Source: Candidatus Aminicenantes bacterium
GTDB lineage: Bacteria > Acidobacteriota > Aminicenantia > Aminicenantales > Aminicenantaceae
Assembly: GCA_030620655.1 (NCBI GenBank)
Contig: JAUXEH010000001.1
Span: 1-35,217, forward strand
DNA: 35,217 bases
Direction of reading: 5' to 3'
In this document: piece after piece, positions 8,783 through 17,600 of the stretch
Layout of the letters: every line of letters begins with the position of its first letter
Position numbering within the stretch: the stretch's first letter is position 1
Made by a program: the position numbers and the translations under genes
Notes under the pieces: generated by a model
What the model was told of the DNA's origin: nothing
The model's database searches: none
The model's input: only the letters and a program-made list of their open reading frames with translations

Positions 8783-9751
8783 ATGGAAAAATACGTTGCG
8801 ATGAAATTCCCAACCATTCGACTGATCACAGCCATGGCCGTGCTCCTGGCCGCCGTTTCCGTGCCGGCCCGGAGCGAGCGCGTGAGCCTCAAGTTCAGCT
8901 ACAGCACCAACGGGATAACCGGGAACGATATCAACACCTGGATCGATTCCCTCAATCTCCTGTGGCAGGGCTGGCGGAATGTCAACGGAGGCGACCTGCA
9001 GGGGCAGTTCGTGCCCATCAATTTTTCCAACGGCCTGGAGATCGAGCTTCGCATACCCTTATACAAGGGCCTGGCCATCAACCTGGCCGGCAGTTGGCTA
9101 ACCAGCTCCGAAGAAGGGACCGTCAGCTTCCAGCATGCCAGCGGTGCCCAAAGTGAGGAGCAGTACATCCAGAACAAAGTCAGGGCCGTGCCCCTAAAGA
9201 TCGGGTTCAGCTATGCCTTCGCGCTCCCGCCCTTTCCCAGGCTATCCCTGTTGGCGGGGGTGGGGCAGCACATCGTGCTGGTTACCTACGACAGCATCAA
9301 CAACTACAAATCGACCATCACGGACTTTGGCAGGGAGTTCACATACCATATCAACAAGGACAACAAGTACTCCTCCGAGTCGCTTGGGATCTACGCCAAT
9401 CTGGGAGCCGAACTGGAGCTCCTCGAGTTCATGGCCGTGGTGGTGGAAGGCGAGAAAGTCTGGAATCAAACCGACGGTTTCAAGGGCTCGTATCGTCATG
9501 AAGCGCTGGGATTTCCCGGTGGTGATTACGTACAAGCCGGCAATGCCTCCCTCTACTTCTACGAGAGCGATCACATCGGCACCGGGACTTACTACAGCTT
9601 CCTAGCCGGGCATGATAAGAAACCCGAAGGCCAGCTGGAGTACCCTCTGGACGGGGGACCCATACCCGGGCCGGCGGTCAAGAACGTCCGTCAGGGAGAG
9701 CTGGATTTCAATACCATCTCCTTCAAGATCGGGATTCGATTTAAATTCTGA
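8783..9751 (+). CDS. Outer-membrane beta-barrel protein (family not recognised)
   Basis: Signal peptide (MKFPTIRLITAMAVLLAAVSVPARS), alternating-hydrophobicity strands, and a C-terminal IGIRFKF ending in Phe. The start is ambiguous (8732, 8783 or 8801). Confidence 0.6.
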   Translation: MEKYVAMKFPTIRLITAMAVLLAAVSVPARSERVSLKFSYSTNGITGNDINTWIDSLNLLWQGWRNVNGGDLQGQFVPINFSNGLEIELRIPLYKGLAINLAGSWLTSSEEGTVSFQHASGAQSEEQYIQNKVRAVPLKIGFSYAFALPPFPRLSLLAGVGQHIVLVTYDSINNYKSTITDFGREFTYHINKDNKYSSESLGIYANLGAELELLEFMAVVVEGEKVWNQTDGFKGSYRHEALGFPGGDYVQAGNASLYFYESDHIGTGTYYSFLAGHDKKPEGQLEYPLDGGPIPGPAVKNVRQGELDFNTISFKIGIRFKF

Positions 9752-9771
9752 CAGGACATAAGGTACCCAGG

Positions 9772-10278
9772 ATGTCAAAAATTCTCGTGACCTATTACAG
9801 CCGGACCGACAATACAAAACAGGTCGCCGAAGCGATCTACGATGCCTTGGAAGGGGAAAAGAGTATAAAACCCTTCCAGGAGCTGGCAGACCGGGAGAGC
9901 GATGCTTTCAGCCTGGTGTTTGCAGGCTTCCCCGTGCATTCTCACAGCGTCCCCTATGCCGTGGAGGAGTTCCTGAAATCCACACCTGAGGGCAAGAAGA
10001 TCGCCTTTTTCTCGACTCACGGCTCCCTCACCGGCAGCCGGCTGTCCAGAGAAGCCCTGGAAAACGCGACGGTGCTTTCTGCGAAAGCCCGTATGCTGGG
10101 CACGTTTTCCTGCCGGGGCAGGGTATCTCCTCAGGCTCTTGAAGTCCTGATGAAATCCCCGGAGCACAGGGCGTGGGCCGAGATGGCGGCCTCAGCCGCA
10201 ACGCATCCGGATGCGAGCGACCTGGCGGATGCCCGAGACTTCGCCGCCTGGATCCTCACCCTCGCCGCCCAAGACTGA
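9772..10278 (+). CDS. Flavodoxin-family protein
   Basis: N-terminal ILVTYYSRTDNTKQVAEAI FMN-phosphate loop pattern. 168 aa. Confidence 0.75.
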   Translation: MSKILVTYYSRTDNTKQVAEAIYDALEGEKSIKPFQELADRESDAFSLVFAGFPVHSHSVPYAVEEFLKSTPEGKKIAFFSTHGSLTGSRLSREALENATVLSAKARMLGTFSCRGRVSPQALEVLMKSPEHRAWAEMAASAATHPDASDLADARDFAAWILTLAAQD

Positions 10279-10309
10279 GGCAGCGCGGGAGCCAGGCCTT
10301 ATCCCTGCC

Positions 10310-10717
10310 CTACTCTTTTTGCTTGAGCTCGATCAGCACTCCGTTGAAACTCTGAGGATGGACAAAGGCGACACGGCTTCCCCCGGCTCCGGCTACGGGG
10401 CTCTCATGGATCAAGTCGGCCTCCCCGCTCTTCAACTCCTCCAGGGCCAGTTCGATATCATCGACCTCGAAGCAAAAATGATGGATCCCTTCACCGTTTT
10501 TTGCCAGGAAACGGGCGACAGGAGAGTCGTCGCCCAGCGGAGATATCAGCTCCAGGGCCGGGCTGCCCGGGGCTCTCAGCTTGCACAGACGCACGCCTCT
10601 TTCCGGGAGCTCTTCGATCCCACCGGCTTGCATCCCCAAGGAAGCGACCCAACGTGCCGCACTGTCTTCGATGTCTTCGACCGCGATCGCGACGTGGTCC
10701 ATTTTCGTGATTCCCAT
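10310..10717 (-). CDS. mce: Methylmalonyl-CoA epimerase (VOC/glyoxalase fold)
   Basis: MDHVAIAVEDI, LELISPLGDDSPVARFL, GIHHFCFEVDDI and VAFVHP blocks. Start taken at the ATG at 10717, with GGAGG 7 nt upstream. Adjacent to meaB. Confidence 0.8.
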   Translation of the reverse strand: MGITKMDHVAIAVEDIEDSAARWVASLGMQAGGIEELPERGVRLCKLRAPGSPALELISPLGDDSPVARFLAKNGEGIHHFCFEVDDIELALEELKSGEADLIHESPVAGAGGSRVAFVHPQSFNGVLIELKQKE

Positions 10718-10718
10718 C

Positions 10719-11654
10719 TCACACCTCCCGGTTCTCCCGCAGGACACGATCGGCTAGTGTATAGGGGTCGACTTCCCTTCGGCAGATCCTGTCTACCAGG
10801 GTCTCGAATTCGGCCGCGGGCAGCGCGTCGGTCAATCTTTCGGCGATCTTCTCACGCAGAATCATCTTGAACCTCCAGCTGATCCTGCGTCTCTGCCTCT
10901 GTTCCCGTTCCTCAGGTGATTGTGACCGGAGGCTGCGCTGCATCTCTTCCCAGAGGGCCTCGATCCCCTCTCCGCTGGTAGCGACGGTCTTCATGACCAG
11001 CGGTGGGATCACGCCCCTCTGCCCTCCTGAGTCCAGCAGGGCATTGAGCCTCCGTTCCATGGTACCGCTGTCAGGTGAATCGGCTTTGTTGAGGACAAAA
11101 ATATCGGCGATCTCCATGATCCCGGCTTTGAAGATCTGGACGTCGTCACCGGCATCCGGTGTAAGGATCACGAGGACCAGCTCCGCCAGCCGGACCACCT
11201 CCACCTCATCCTGGCCCACACCCACCGTCTCCACCAGGACCAGGTCCTTCCCCGCCGCCTCCAGCAGCGCGACCACATCGCCCGTGGCCCTGGCCAGCCC
11301 GCCCAAGTAGCCGCGTGTGGCCATGCTGCGGATGAAGACACTGGGATCGGCGCTGTGCCGCATCATGCGGATCCGGTCTCCCAGCACCGCTCCTCCTGTG
11401 AATGGACTGGAGGGATCCACTGCCACGATGCCGAGGTTCTTGCCGGATTGAGTGATCAGGCCGGCCAGCCCATCCACCAGGGTGCTCTTCCCCGAACCGG
11501 GCGCTCCGGTTATTCCCACCACCACTGACCTGCCGGTGTGGGGAAATACAGCCCGCAACAGATCCTGGGATGTCGGATGACGGTTCTCCACGAGGGTTAT
11601 GGCCCGTGCGAGCGCTCGTGTGTCTCCCCGTAAGAGCTCTTGTGCGATCTTCAT
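10719..11654 (-). CDS. meaB: Methylmalonyl-CoA mutase-associated GTPase MeaB/ArgK
   Basis: P-loop GITGAPGSGKSTL, VETVGVGQ (switch II) and NKAD specificity motif. 311 aa. Confidence 0.9.
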   Translation of the reverse strand: MKIAQELLRGDTRALARAITLVENRHPTSQDLLRAVFPHTGRSVVVGITGAPGSGKSTLVDGLAGLITQSGKNLGIVAVDPSSPFTGGAVLGDRIRMMRHSADPSVFIRSMATRGYLGGLARATGDVVALLEAAGKDLVLVETVGVGQDEVEVVRLAELVLVILTPDAGDDVQIFKAGIMEIADIFVLNKADSPDSGTMERRLNALLDSGGQRGVIPPLVMKTVATSGEGIEALWEEMQRSLRSQSPEEREQRQRRRISWRFKMILREKIAERLTDALPAAEFETLVDRICRREVDPYTLADRVLRENREV

Positions 11655-11697
11655 CGAAACAACGATCCGGGGCCTGGAAAAGGGCTCAGGCTGTGAA

Positions 11698-12840
11698 TCA
11701 GGACTTCAGAACCTGCTGAGCGATGATCCACCGCTGGATCTCCGAGGTTCCCTCGCCGAGGGTAGCCAGCTTGGAGTCCCGGTACAGCTTTTCGACCGGA
11801 TATTCCTTGATGAAGCCATAGCCTCCGTGGATCTGGACCGCCACCGATGAGGCTTTGACCGCCAGTTCACTGGCGAACAGCTTGGCCATGGCCGACTCTT
11901 TCGGGATCCTTTTGCCCTGGTCCTCCAGGAACGCGGCGCGGAAGGTGAGCAGGCGGGCGGCATCCAGCTCGGTGTAACCATCGGCCAGCATCCACTGGAT
12001 AGCCTGGAAATTGGCGATGGGCTGACCGAACTGCTCCCTTTCCTTGGCGTACTGCAACGATGCATCCAGCGCTCCAGCGGCGATGCCCAGGGAAAAGCCG
12101 GCGATGCTGACGCGGCCCCCATCCAGGACGGCCATGGCCTGGCGGTATCCCTGGCCCTCTTCTCCCAGGAGGGACTCTTCCGGCAGCTCAAGGTCCTCGA
12201 ACACGAGCTCGGATGTGTCCGCCGCACGGACGCCGAGTTTGTCTTCCTTTTTCCCCACCTTGAATCCGGGCATGCCCTTTTCCACGATAAAGGTGGATAT
12301 GCCTTTGCGGCCCTGTTCCGGGTCGGTGATCGCCATGATTACCTGGATCTCTGCCAGGGACCCGTTGGTGATGAACATCTTGCTTCCGTTCATCACCCAG
12401 CCGTCTCCTTTTTTTACCGCCCGGGTCTTCATGGCGGCCGCATCCGAGCCAGCCGCGGCCTCTGTGAGCGCCCAGGCCCCAAGCGTCTCTCCTGTGGCCA
12501 ACCGGGGAAGGTATTTCTTCTTCTGCTCCTCTGAACCGAAGAGGTTGATGTGGTTGGAACAGAGGGAGTTGTGGGCGGCTACCACCAGCCCCACAGAAGG
12601 ATCGACCTTGGAGAGTTCTTCCAGGATGATGACATAATCGACGTTGGAATAGCCGGCCCCTTCGAATTCAGGAGGGATGATGATCCCCAGCAGCCCCATA
12701 TCCGCCAGCTTGCGCGTGAATTCCGCGGGCCATTCTCCCCGGTCGTCGCAGTCCCTGACATAGGGTTGAATCTCTTTCTGGGCGAACTTCCGGATGGAGT
12801 CCTTCAGGAGCCCCTGTTCCTCGGTCAGCAGAAAATCCAT
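11698..12840 (-). CDS. Acyl-CoA dehydrogenase
   Basis: MDFLLTEEQ start with AAGGAG 6 nt upstream. Typical ACAD blocks (ALTEAAAGSDAAAM, NGSKMFITNG, QIHGGYGFIKEYPVEKLYRDSK). The track ORF extends 17 codons upstream without support. Confidence 0.9.
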   Translation of the reverse strand: MDFLLTEEQGLLKDSIRKFAQKEIQPYVRDCDDRGEWPAEFTRKLADMGLLGIIIPPEFEGAGYSNVDYVIILEELSKVDPSVGLVVAAHNSLCSNHINLFGSEEQKKKYLPRLATGETLGAWALTEAAAGSDAAAMKTRAVKKGDGWVMNGSKMFITNGSLAEIQVIMAITDPEQGRKGISTFIVEKGMPGFKVGKKEDKLGVRAADTSELVFEDLELPEESLLGEEGQGYRQAMAVLDGGRVSIAGFSLGIAAGALDASLQYAKEREQFGQPIANFQAIQWMLADGYTELDAARLLTFRAAFLEDQGKRIPKESAMAKLFASELAVKASSVAVQIHGGYGFIKEYPVEKLYRDSKLATLGEGTSEIQRWIIAQQVLKS

Positions 12841-12992
12841 GATCGCTCCTTCCCTGAGTTTGATGTATGCCCATCTTATCCACCACAACAAGAATTATCA
12901 AGCACATTTTCCCACTCTCATTCAAGGATTGAAAGGTTTCGAAAATGCCTCCTCAATTGACAACCCGGAGCATTTCCTCTACAGTTGAAAAC

Positions 12993-13250
12993 ATGCTGAT
13001 GAAGCTCTTCGCCTACGCTCTATTGGCCTACATCATCTATCTGATCGGCCGTTTCTTTTCCGCGATCTCCAGAGGGCGCAAACAAGTCGCCCCCCGGCAG
13101 GAAATATCGGGCACCATGGTCAAGGATGAGACCTGCAACACCTATCTGCCAAAGGATGAGGCGATCAGGGAAATGTATCAGGGACAGGAGTTCTTTTTCT
13201 GTTCTGAGGAGTGCCGTCAAAAATTCCTCCAGACTAAAAAGCCCCATTGA
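12993..13250 (+). CDS. Membrane-anchored YHS/TRASH-like zinc-ribbon protein
   Basis: N-terminal TM helix (LFAYALLAYIIYLIGRFF), then C-x(n)-FFFCSEECRQKF, which is typical of YHS/TRASH domains. The start is ambiguous (12945, 12993 or 12999). Confidence 0.55.
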   Translation: MLMKLFAYALLAYIIYLIGRFFSAISRGRKQVAPRQEISGTMVKDETCNTYLPKDEAIREMYQGQEFFFCSEECRQKFLQTKKPH

Positions 13251-13278
13251 TCCGCAATAATTATCAGATTTGGCTTAT

Positions 13279-13291
13279 CCTGGATAATTCA
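13279..13291 (+). repeat. Copy of the intergenic motif (CCTGGATAATTCA, one mismatch)
   Basis: Read directly. Lies in the convergent gap between the TRASH gene stop (13250) and the cupin gene stop (13333). Confidence 0.7.
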
Positions 13292-13332
13292 CGAGTCGAG
13301 GTTGCCGTAGCAGGTTATGTGAGATTGAAGGT

Positions 13333-13656
13333 TTACGGGGCGATGCTCCAGGCATCGATGGTCACCGCAGCCTCCAGAGTGATCTGTTCATGCGTGAAGT
13401 TGGAGGGCACGATATAGGAGTCGCCCGCCTCGATGATGATCTCCTCCCGTTCCCCCTCGTGTTCGATGATGATCTTCTGTTTTCCTGAGAGGATGGTTGT
13501 CACCTGCTCGTAGGAGTGTTTGTGAGCGGGGACCGTTGCCCCAATCGTATATTCAAAACGGGCCATCAACACATCTTTCCCGCCGGCCAGCGTATGCCGC
13601 ATGACACCTTCGAACATCTCCACTTCCGGTTGATCTTCTTTGTTTATCTTGAACAT
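13333..13656 (-). CDS. Cupin-domain protein
   Basis: 107 aa with a metal-site pattern, GATVPAHKHSYEQ ... and a second strand pair GDSYIVPSNFTHE. Confidence 0.7.
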   Translation of the reverse strand: MFKINKEDQPEVEMFEGVMRHTLAGGKDVLMARFEYTIGATVPAHKHSYEQVTTILSGKQKIIIEHEGEREEIIIEAGDSYIVPSNFTHEQITLEAAVTIDAWSIAP

Positions 13657-13683
13657 ATTTGTCCTCCCATCCCGCCGCCCGGC

Positions 13684-13956
13684 CTACCAGGTGATCTTGA
13701 AATCCTCGAACTCACCTTCGATTTCCAGCCACTCGACATCGGCATCCTCCACATAAGCCTGAGGCGGCCCCTGCTTGACGGCGGCGATCAGGCGTTTCAC
13801 CTGCTCTTTCTCACCTTCCGCCATGATCTCGACCCGGCCGTCGAAGAGGTTCTTCACCCAGCCCGTCACTCCCAGAAGGACGGCTTCTCGCTGGGAATAA
13901 GCCCGGAAGAACACACCCTGGACACGGCCGGATACCACGATATGTGCTCTTACCAT
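13684..13956 (-). CDS. acyP: Acylphosphatase
   Basis: Signature VSGRVQGVFFR and GWVKNLFDGRVE. About 90 aa from the ATG at 13956. The track's GTG at 13983 is an alternative start. Confidence 0.85.
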   Translation of the reverse strand: MVRAHIVVSGRVQGVFFRAYSQREAVLLGVTGWVKNLFDGRVEIMAEGEKEQVKRLIAAVKQGPPQAYVEDADVEWLEIEGEFEDFKITW

Positions 13957-14155
13957 CCTCTCGATCGCAAGCCATGTTATCACAATCAGTTTTCCAGGTA
14001 CAGCCTGGTTAGGATCAGATCCGGCGTCCAGGCGGCCGATCCTTCATCTATTTTAGTCGAGATTCACAGCCATAATACGCGATTCCCGGATCGGACCCCG
14101 CCTCGACATCACAAGCCGTTTACGCTCTCTCCTGGATCTGATAGGATGTAGAATC

Positions 14156-14929
14156 ATGGCAACCGAAGTCCTCATATCGCTGGCAGGCTTTGATCCCACT
14201 GCCGGAGCCGGAGTGGCCCTGGATCTCAAAGTCTTCGCGAGTCACGGCTTTCAGGGGATGGGTTTGTGTACCTCGATCACGGTACAGAACACCCAAGCCG
14301 TCAAGCGTCTGTACTGTCTCCCCTTTGAACTGGTGCTGGAGCAGTACCGGGCCCTGGCGGAAGATGTCCCTATCCGGGGTATCAAGGTCGGAATGCTGGG
14401 CTGCCGAGAACACATCCTGACCGTCACCGGGATCCTGGAACGAAGTGCCGACATACCTGCGGTCATCGATCCGGTCCTGCGCTCCAGCTCGGGGACATGG
14501 CTCCTGGGACAGGATGCAGTGGGTGATTATATGGCCGCCCTGGCGGGGCGCATCACGCTTCTCACACCGAACTTGGCGGAGGCCTCCTGGATCACCGGAT
14601 CAGAGGTATCCGGCCTGAAGGATATGCACGCGGCGGCCCGGCAGATCTATCAGGACCACCGCATCCCGAGCCTGATAAAGGGAGGCCACCTTGCGGGGGA
14701 CGCGGCAGATCTCCTTTACGATGGGTCATCGTTTCATGTCTTTGAAAAGGAAAAGGTCCCGGGAAATGTGCACGGGACAGGGTGTTTTTTTTCCTCTTCC
14801 GTCTTGTGTCTCCTGGTTCAGGGACATCCCCTGGGCGAAGCCTGCCGCCTGGCGGGAGACCAGACCCTGGAAGCCATACGCAGCGCGGTCCCCGTGGGAA
14901 AGGGACAGAGGCTTATCCTCCCGAAATGA
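14156..14929 (+). CDS. thiD: Hydroxymethylpyrimidine / phosphomethylpyrimidine kinase
   Basis: AGFDPTAGAGVALDLKVF, IKVGML, LLTPNLAEA and VHGTGC blocks of the ThiD/PdxK ribokinase-like family. Confidence 0.85.
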   Translation: MATEVLISLAGFDPTAGAGVALDLKVFASHGFQGMGLCTSITVQNTQAVKRLYCLPFELVLEQYRALAEDVPIRGIKVGMLGCREHILTVTGILERSADIPAVIDPVLRSSSGTWLLGQDAVGDYMAALAGRITLLTPNLAEASWITGSEVSGLKDMHAAARQIYQDHRIPSLIKGGHLAGDAADLLYDGSSFHVFEKEKVPGNVHGTGCFFSSSVLCLLVQGHPLGEACRLAGDQTLEAIRSAVPVGKGQRLILPK

Positions 14930-14976
14930 CCCCGCCCCGGATCAATCCGCATATTTTCATTTGACGGCCTCTAACG

Positions 14977-14989
14977 TGAATAATCCAGG
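14977..14989 (-). repeat. Copy of the intergenic motif CCTGGATTATTCA (exact; 15-mer CCTGGATTATTCACG)
   Basis: The minus strand reads TAA-CCTGGATTATTCACGT immediately after the stop of the 14990 gene. Lies in the convergent gap with thiD. Confidence 0.8.
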
Positions 14990-15976
14990 TTAGAACAAGG
15001 ACGGTTCCGAATCAATGACCTTATCCGCATTGTTCAAAACCTCCTCAGGGAAAACGATACCCTGCTTTTCCGCCATTTTCAAGTTGATGTGCAGCATGAC
15101 CCTGTCCATGTGCTGAAAAGAAATATTTTCAGGGCTTTCGCCGTTCTTGATCCTCAGGGCGATCTTCCCCGCCCTGTGACCGATGTCATAGAAATCCCAC
15201 CCCAATGCGGCGCATGCGCCCAACTCCGTGTGGAATAGGGCTCCCCCGAACAATGGGATCTCGTTGTCCACGGCCACACGGCCCACGGCCTGAAATGCCT
15301 GGTTGATGGTGTTGTCGGAGATCTGATAGATAACGTCGATCTTCTTGTTGATCAAGATCTGCGCTGATAACAGCACGTCACTGGCGTTCGCTATCGGGAC
15401 GGCTATCATCTCAAGCCCCAGCAAACCCGCTTCCTCCCTGGCTTTGTCCTTATAAAAAAGGGAGTTGAGCTCGGATGGCGTCCAAAGTGTACCGACACGT
15501 TTGATCCCGGGCATCAGGGACTTAATGAAGGCCAGGCTCTGGCCTATCGGCCCCTCGGAAGACACGCCGCTGACATTCCGCAGATGGTCTTCCGCCGACA
15601 CGCCGGCGCCTGCCAGATAGGGGTTAGCGACCGAGGCGAAAACGATCGGGATTTCACTCGTGGCGTGAAGGGCTGCCTGGAGACTGGGTGTGGAAAGGGG
15701 CACGATCATATCCACCCTGCGGGCCACAAAGCTCTCAGCGATCCGCCAGATTTCTGGGATCTGCCCGCGCGCGCTTTCGACCAGGATCCGTATTTCCCGA
15801 CCGTCCACAAGCCCCTCTTCAGCCAGCGATTCCACAAAACCCCTGCGTGTCTCCGTCATCGTGGAAGCATCATTCACCTGCAGGATACCGATGGTGTAGA
15901 GTTCAGGCTGCGGGCTTTGACAGCCGTATAGAAGAAAAAGCGAGAGGGCGACGAAGCCCCATATCGGTATACGCAT
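14990..15976 (-). CDS. ABC-transporter substrate-binding lipoprotein (ABC_sub_bind / PF04392-like), with no cognate permease or ATPase nearby
   Basis: Start taken at MRIPIWGFVALSLFLLYGC (signal peptide plus lipobox-like LYGC). The periplasmic binding fold pattern resembles PF04392 family members. The track's upstream extension overlaps the divergent DUF72 gene. Confidence 0.7.
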   Translation of the reverse strand: MRIPIWGFVALSLFLLYGCQSPQPELYTIGILQVNDASTMTETRRGFVESLAEEGLVDGREIRILVESARGQIPEIWRIAESFVARRVDMIVPLSTPSLQAALHATSEIPIVFASVANPYLAGAGVSAEDHLRNVSGVSSEGPIGQSLAFIKSLMPGIKRVGTLWTPSELNSLFYKDKAREEAGLLGLEMIAVPIANASDVLLSAQILINKKIDVIYQISDNTINQAFQAVGRVAVDNEIPLFGGALFHTELGACAALGWDFYDIGHRAGKIALRIKNGESPENISFQHMDRVMLHINLKMAEKQGIVFPEEVLNNADKVIDSEPSLF

Positions 15977-16080
15977 GAAACGTGTTGGCAACAAGTCTTG
16001 AATATCATAAAGAAAAAACTCCTCGCTGACAAGGCCTTCCCACCAGCCCATGGCTGTCTTGGGGTCCGGTGTGTGGTACA

Positions 16081-16983
16081 ATGGAAAAGGCAATGGCGCA
16101 ATTTCACATTGGCACAGCGGGGTGGAGCTACCAGGACTGGGAAGGGATCGTCTATCCCGCCCAGAAGAGCACTGGCTTTCACGCCCTGGTGTTTCTGGCC
16201 GACTACATCAACCTGGTGGAGATCAACAGCACCTTCTACCGCCCGCCGGTCATGCGCGTGGCCTTGGCCTGGGTAAAAAAAGTCCAGCATCGACCGGATT
16301 TTCTGTTCGCCGTGAAGCTTCACCAGAACTTCACCCATGGGGACCGACGATTCACACAGAAAGATACTGACGAATTCAAACTCGGGATCGAGCCGCTCCA
16401 GTCTCACTCCCGGCTGGGTGCAATACTCATCCAGTTTCCCTGGTCGTTCAAGGATTCGGGGATGAACCGCGAGCATCTAGAGCGCATATTTCGAGCATTC
16501 CGCGACTATCCCCTGGCCCTGGAGGTCAGGCACGGCTCCTGGAACCGGCCCGATTTTTTCCTGTGGCTTCAATCCAACAAGGTCGGATTCTGCAATATCG
16601 ATCAACCGGTCATCAACGATTCCCTCTCCCCGACTTCGATCCAGACCCACCCGGATTTCACGTATGTGCGCCTCCACGGGCGCAACTATCAAAACTGGTT
16701 CAGCCAGAGCGCAGGCCGGGACGCCCGCTACAACTACCTGTACGGCGGGGAAGAACTCGACGAATGGGTAGAGCGCATCAAGGGGCTGGGAGAAAAAAGC
16801 CGCAACGTGTTCGTCGTCACCAACAATCACTATCAAGGACAGGCGCTGGCCAACGCACTTCAGATCAAGAACAAGCTCACCGGAGAAAAGGTCGATATCC
16901 CGTTGGACCTGATAAAGCGTTATCCGCTGCTGCGCAAAATCGTCAAGAAGATCGAAAAGGGACAGATCGATCTGTTCGAGTAG
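16081..16983 (+). CDS. DUF72 family protein
   Basis: FHIGTAGWSYQDWEGIVYP N-terminal hallmark, and VRLHGRN...WF...YNYLY later. The start could be 16081 or 16093. Confidence 0.8.
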   Translation: MEKAMAQFHIGTAGWSYQDWEGIVYPAQKSTGFHALVFLADYINLVEINSTFYRPPVMRVALAWVKKVQHRPDFLFAVKLHQNFTHGDRRFTQKDTDEFKLGIEPLQSHSRLGAILIQFPWSFKDSGMNREHLERIFRAFRDYPLALEVRHGSWNRPDFFLWLQSNKVGFCNIDQPVINDSLSPTSIQTHPDFTYVRLHGRNYQNWFSQSAGRDARYNYLYGGEELDEWVERIKGLGEKSRNVFVVTNNHYQGQALANALQIKNKLTGEKVDIPLDLIKRYPLLRKIVKKIEKGQIDLFE

Positions 16984-17074
16984 GCCATCCTCCGATCCTC
17001 AGCCCTTGAGGCAGAAGCAGTCGATGGAGATGAATTCGTCGAGGGATTTTCGTCCCGGCCACGATGCCTCCCAG

Positions 17075-17335
17075 TCAGACCCTGAGGAATTGAATGATAT
17101 CTTCGATATCCGGAAGCACCGGGATATCATAGGTCTTCACATAAACCACCTGTCCGTTCTCATCGAGGATGACCTTGGCCCGTTGCGAGAATCCCTGCTC
17201 TTCGCGAAACAGCCCGTAAGACCTCGCGACTTCTCCGTGCTGCCAAAAATCCGACAGCAGTTTGGTGTCCGCAATGCCAAGCTCCTTGGCCCAGGCATTC
17301 TTGCAGGGGACGCTGTCTACACTCAGCCCGGAGGG
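17075..17335 (-). pseudogene. 5'-truncated peroxiredoxin/redoxin (AhpC/TSA-like) remnant
   Basis: The C-terminal 85 or so residues (LSVDSVPCKNAWAKELG...LSDFWQHGEVARSYGLF...RAKVILDENGQVVYV) look like the second half of a thiol peroxidase. Upstream of about 17335 the reading frame runs into AT-rich hairpin repeats. No peroxidatic-Cys half is found in any frame before dnaE2. Confidence 0.5.
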
Positions 17336-17342
17336 TAAAAGA

Positions 17343-17600
17343 TGCCGACAATAAATATTGAATGCTCTTTGAATCTGAATTTGTCGGCAGCTTTTATGAA
17401 TGCTCCCGGAGCCGGGATTATTCACAGGCCGAGATTGGTACAGATGCAAGGCATGGCGGACGAAGCTGTGGTTTACCACCGCGAGTCCGACGTAACACAG
17501 CAGATGTGCCGAGATTCGGCCTGCCCGAAGGGTAAGAATTGCCGATGATTATAGAGAGGTAGTAAGAAAATATATCGGCAATTCTTATGAATGATCCCGG
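17343..17600. repeat. Repeat nest: two hairpin-plus-motif modules and an inverted pair of the motif
   Basis: Module 1: TGCCGACAA (17343-17351) / TTGTCGGCA (17381-17389), followed after 7 nt by TGAATGCTCCCGG (17397-17409). An inverted partner CCGGGATTATTCA follows at 17412-17424. Module 2: perfect 14-bp arms TAAGAATTGCCGAT (17533-17546) / ATCGGCAATTCTTA (17574-17587), followed directly by TGAATGATCCCGG (17588-17600), which also encodes the last codons and stop of dnaE2. Confidence 0.75.

Noticed and set aside
13984-14155. Possible TPP riboswitch upstream of thiD.
   Set aside because: I looked for the conserved CUGAGA and ACCUGAUCUGGAUAAUGCCAGCG cores. Only a loose CCTGGATCTGATAGGA string is present, and the P1/P2 context is missing. 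An Infernal scan with RF00059 would settle it.
17075-17479. Treating the whole 134-aa minus-strand ORF as an intact redoxin gene.
   Set aside because: Only the C-terminal two thirds look like a peroxiredoxin. The N-terminal 50 residues are translated hairpin repeats and motif copies starting from a GTG, and they lack the catalytic cysteine region.
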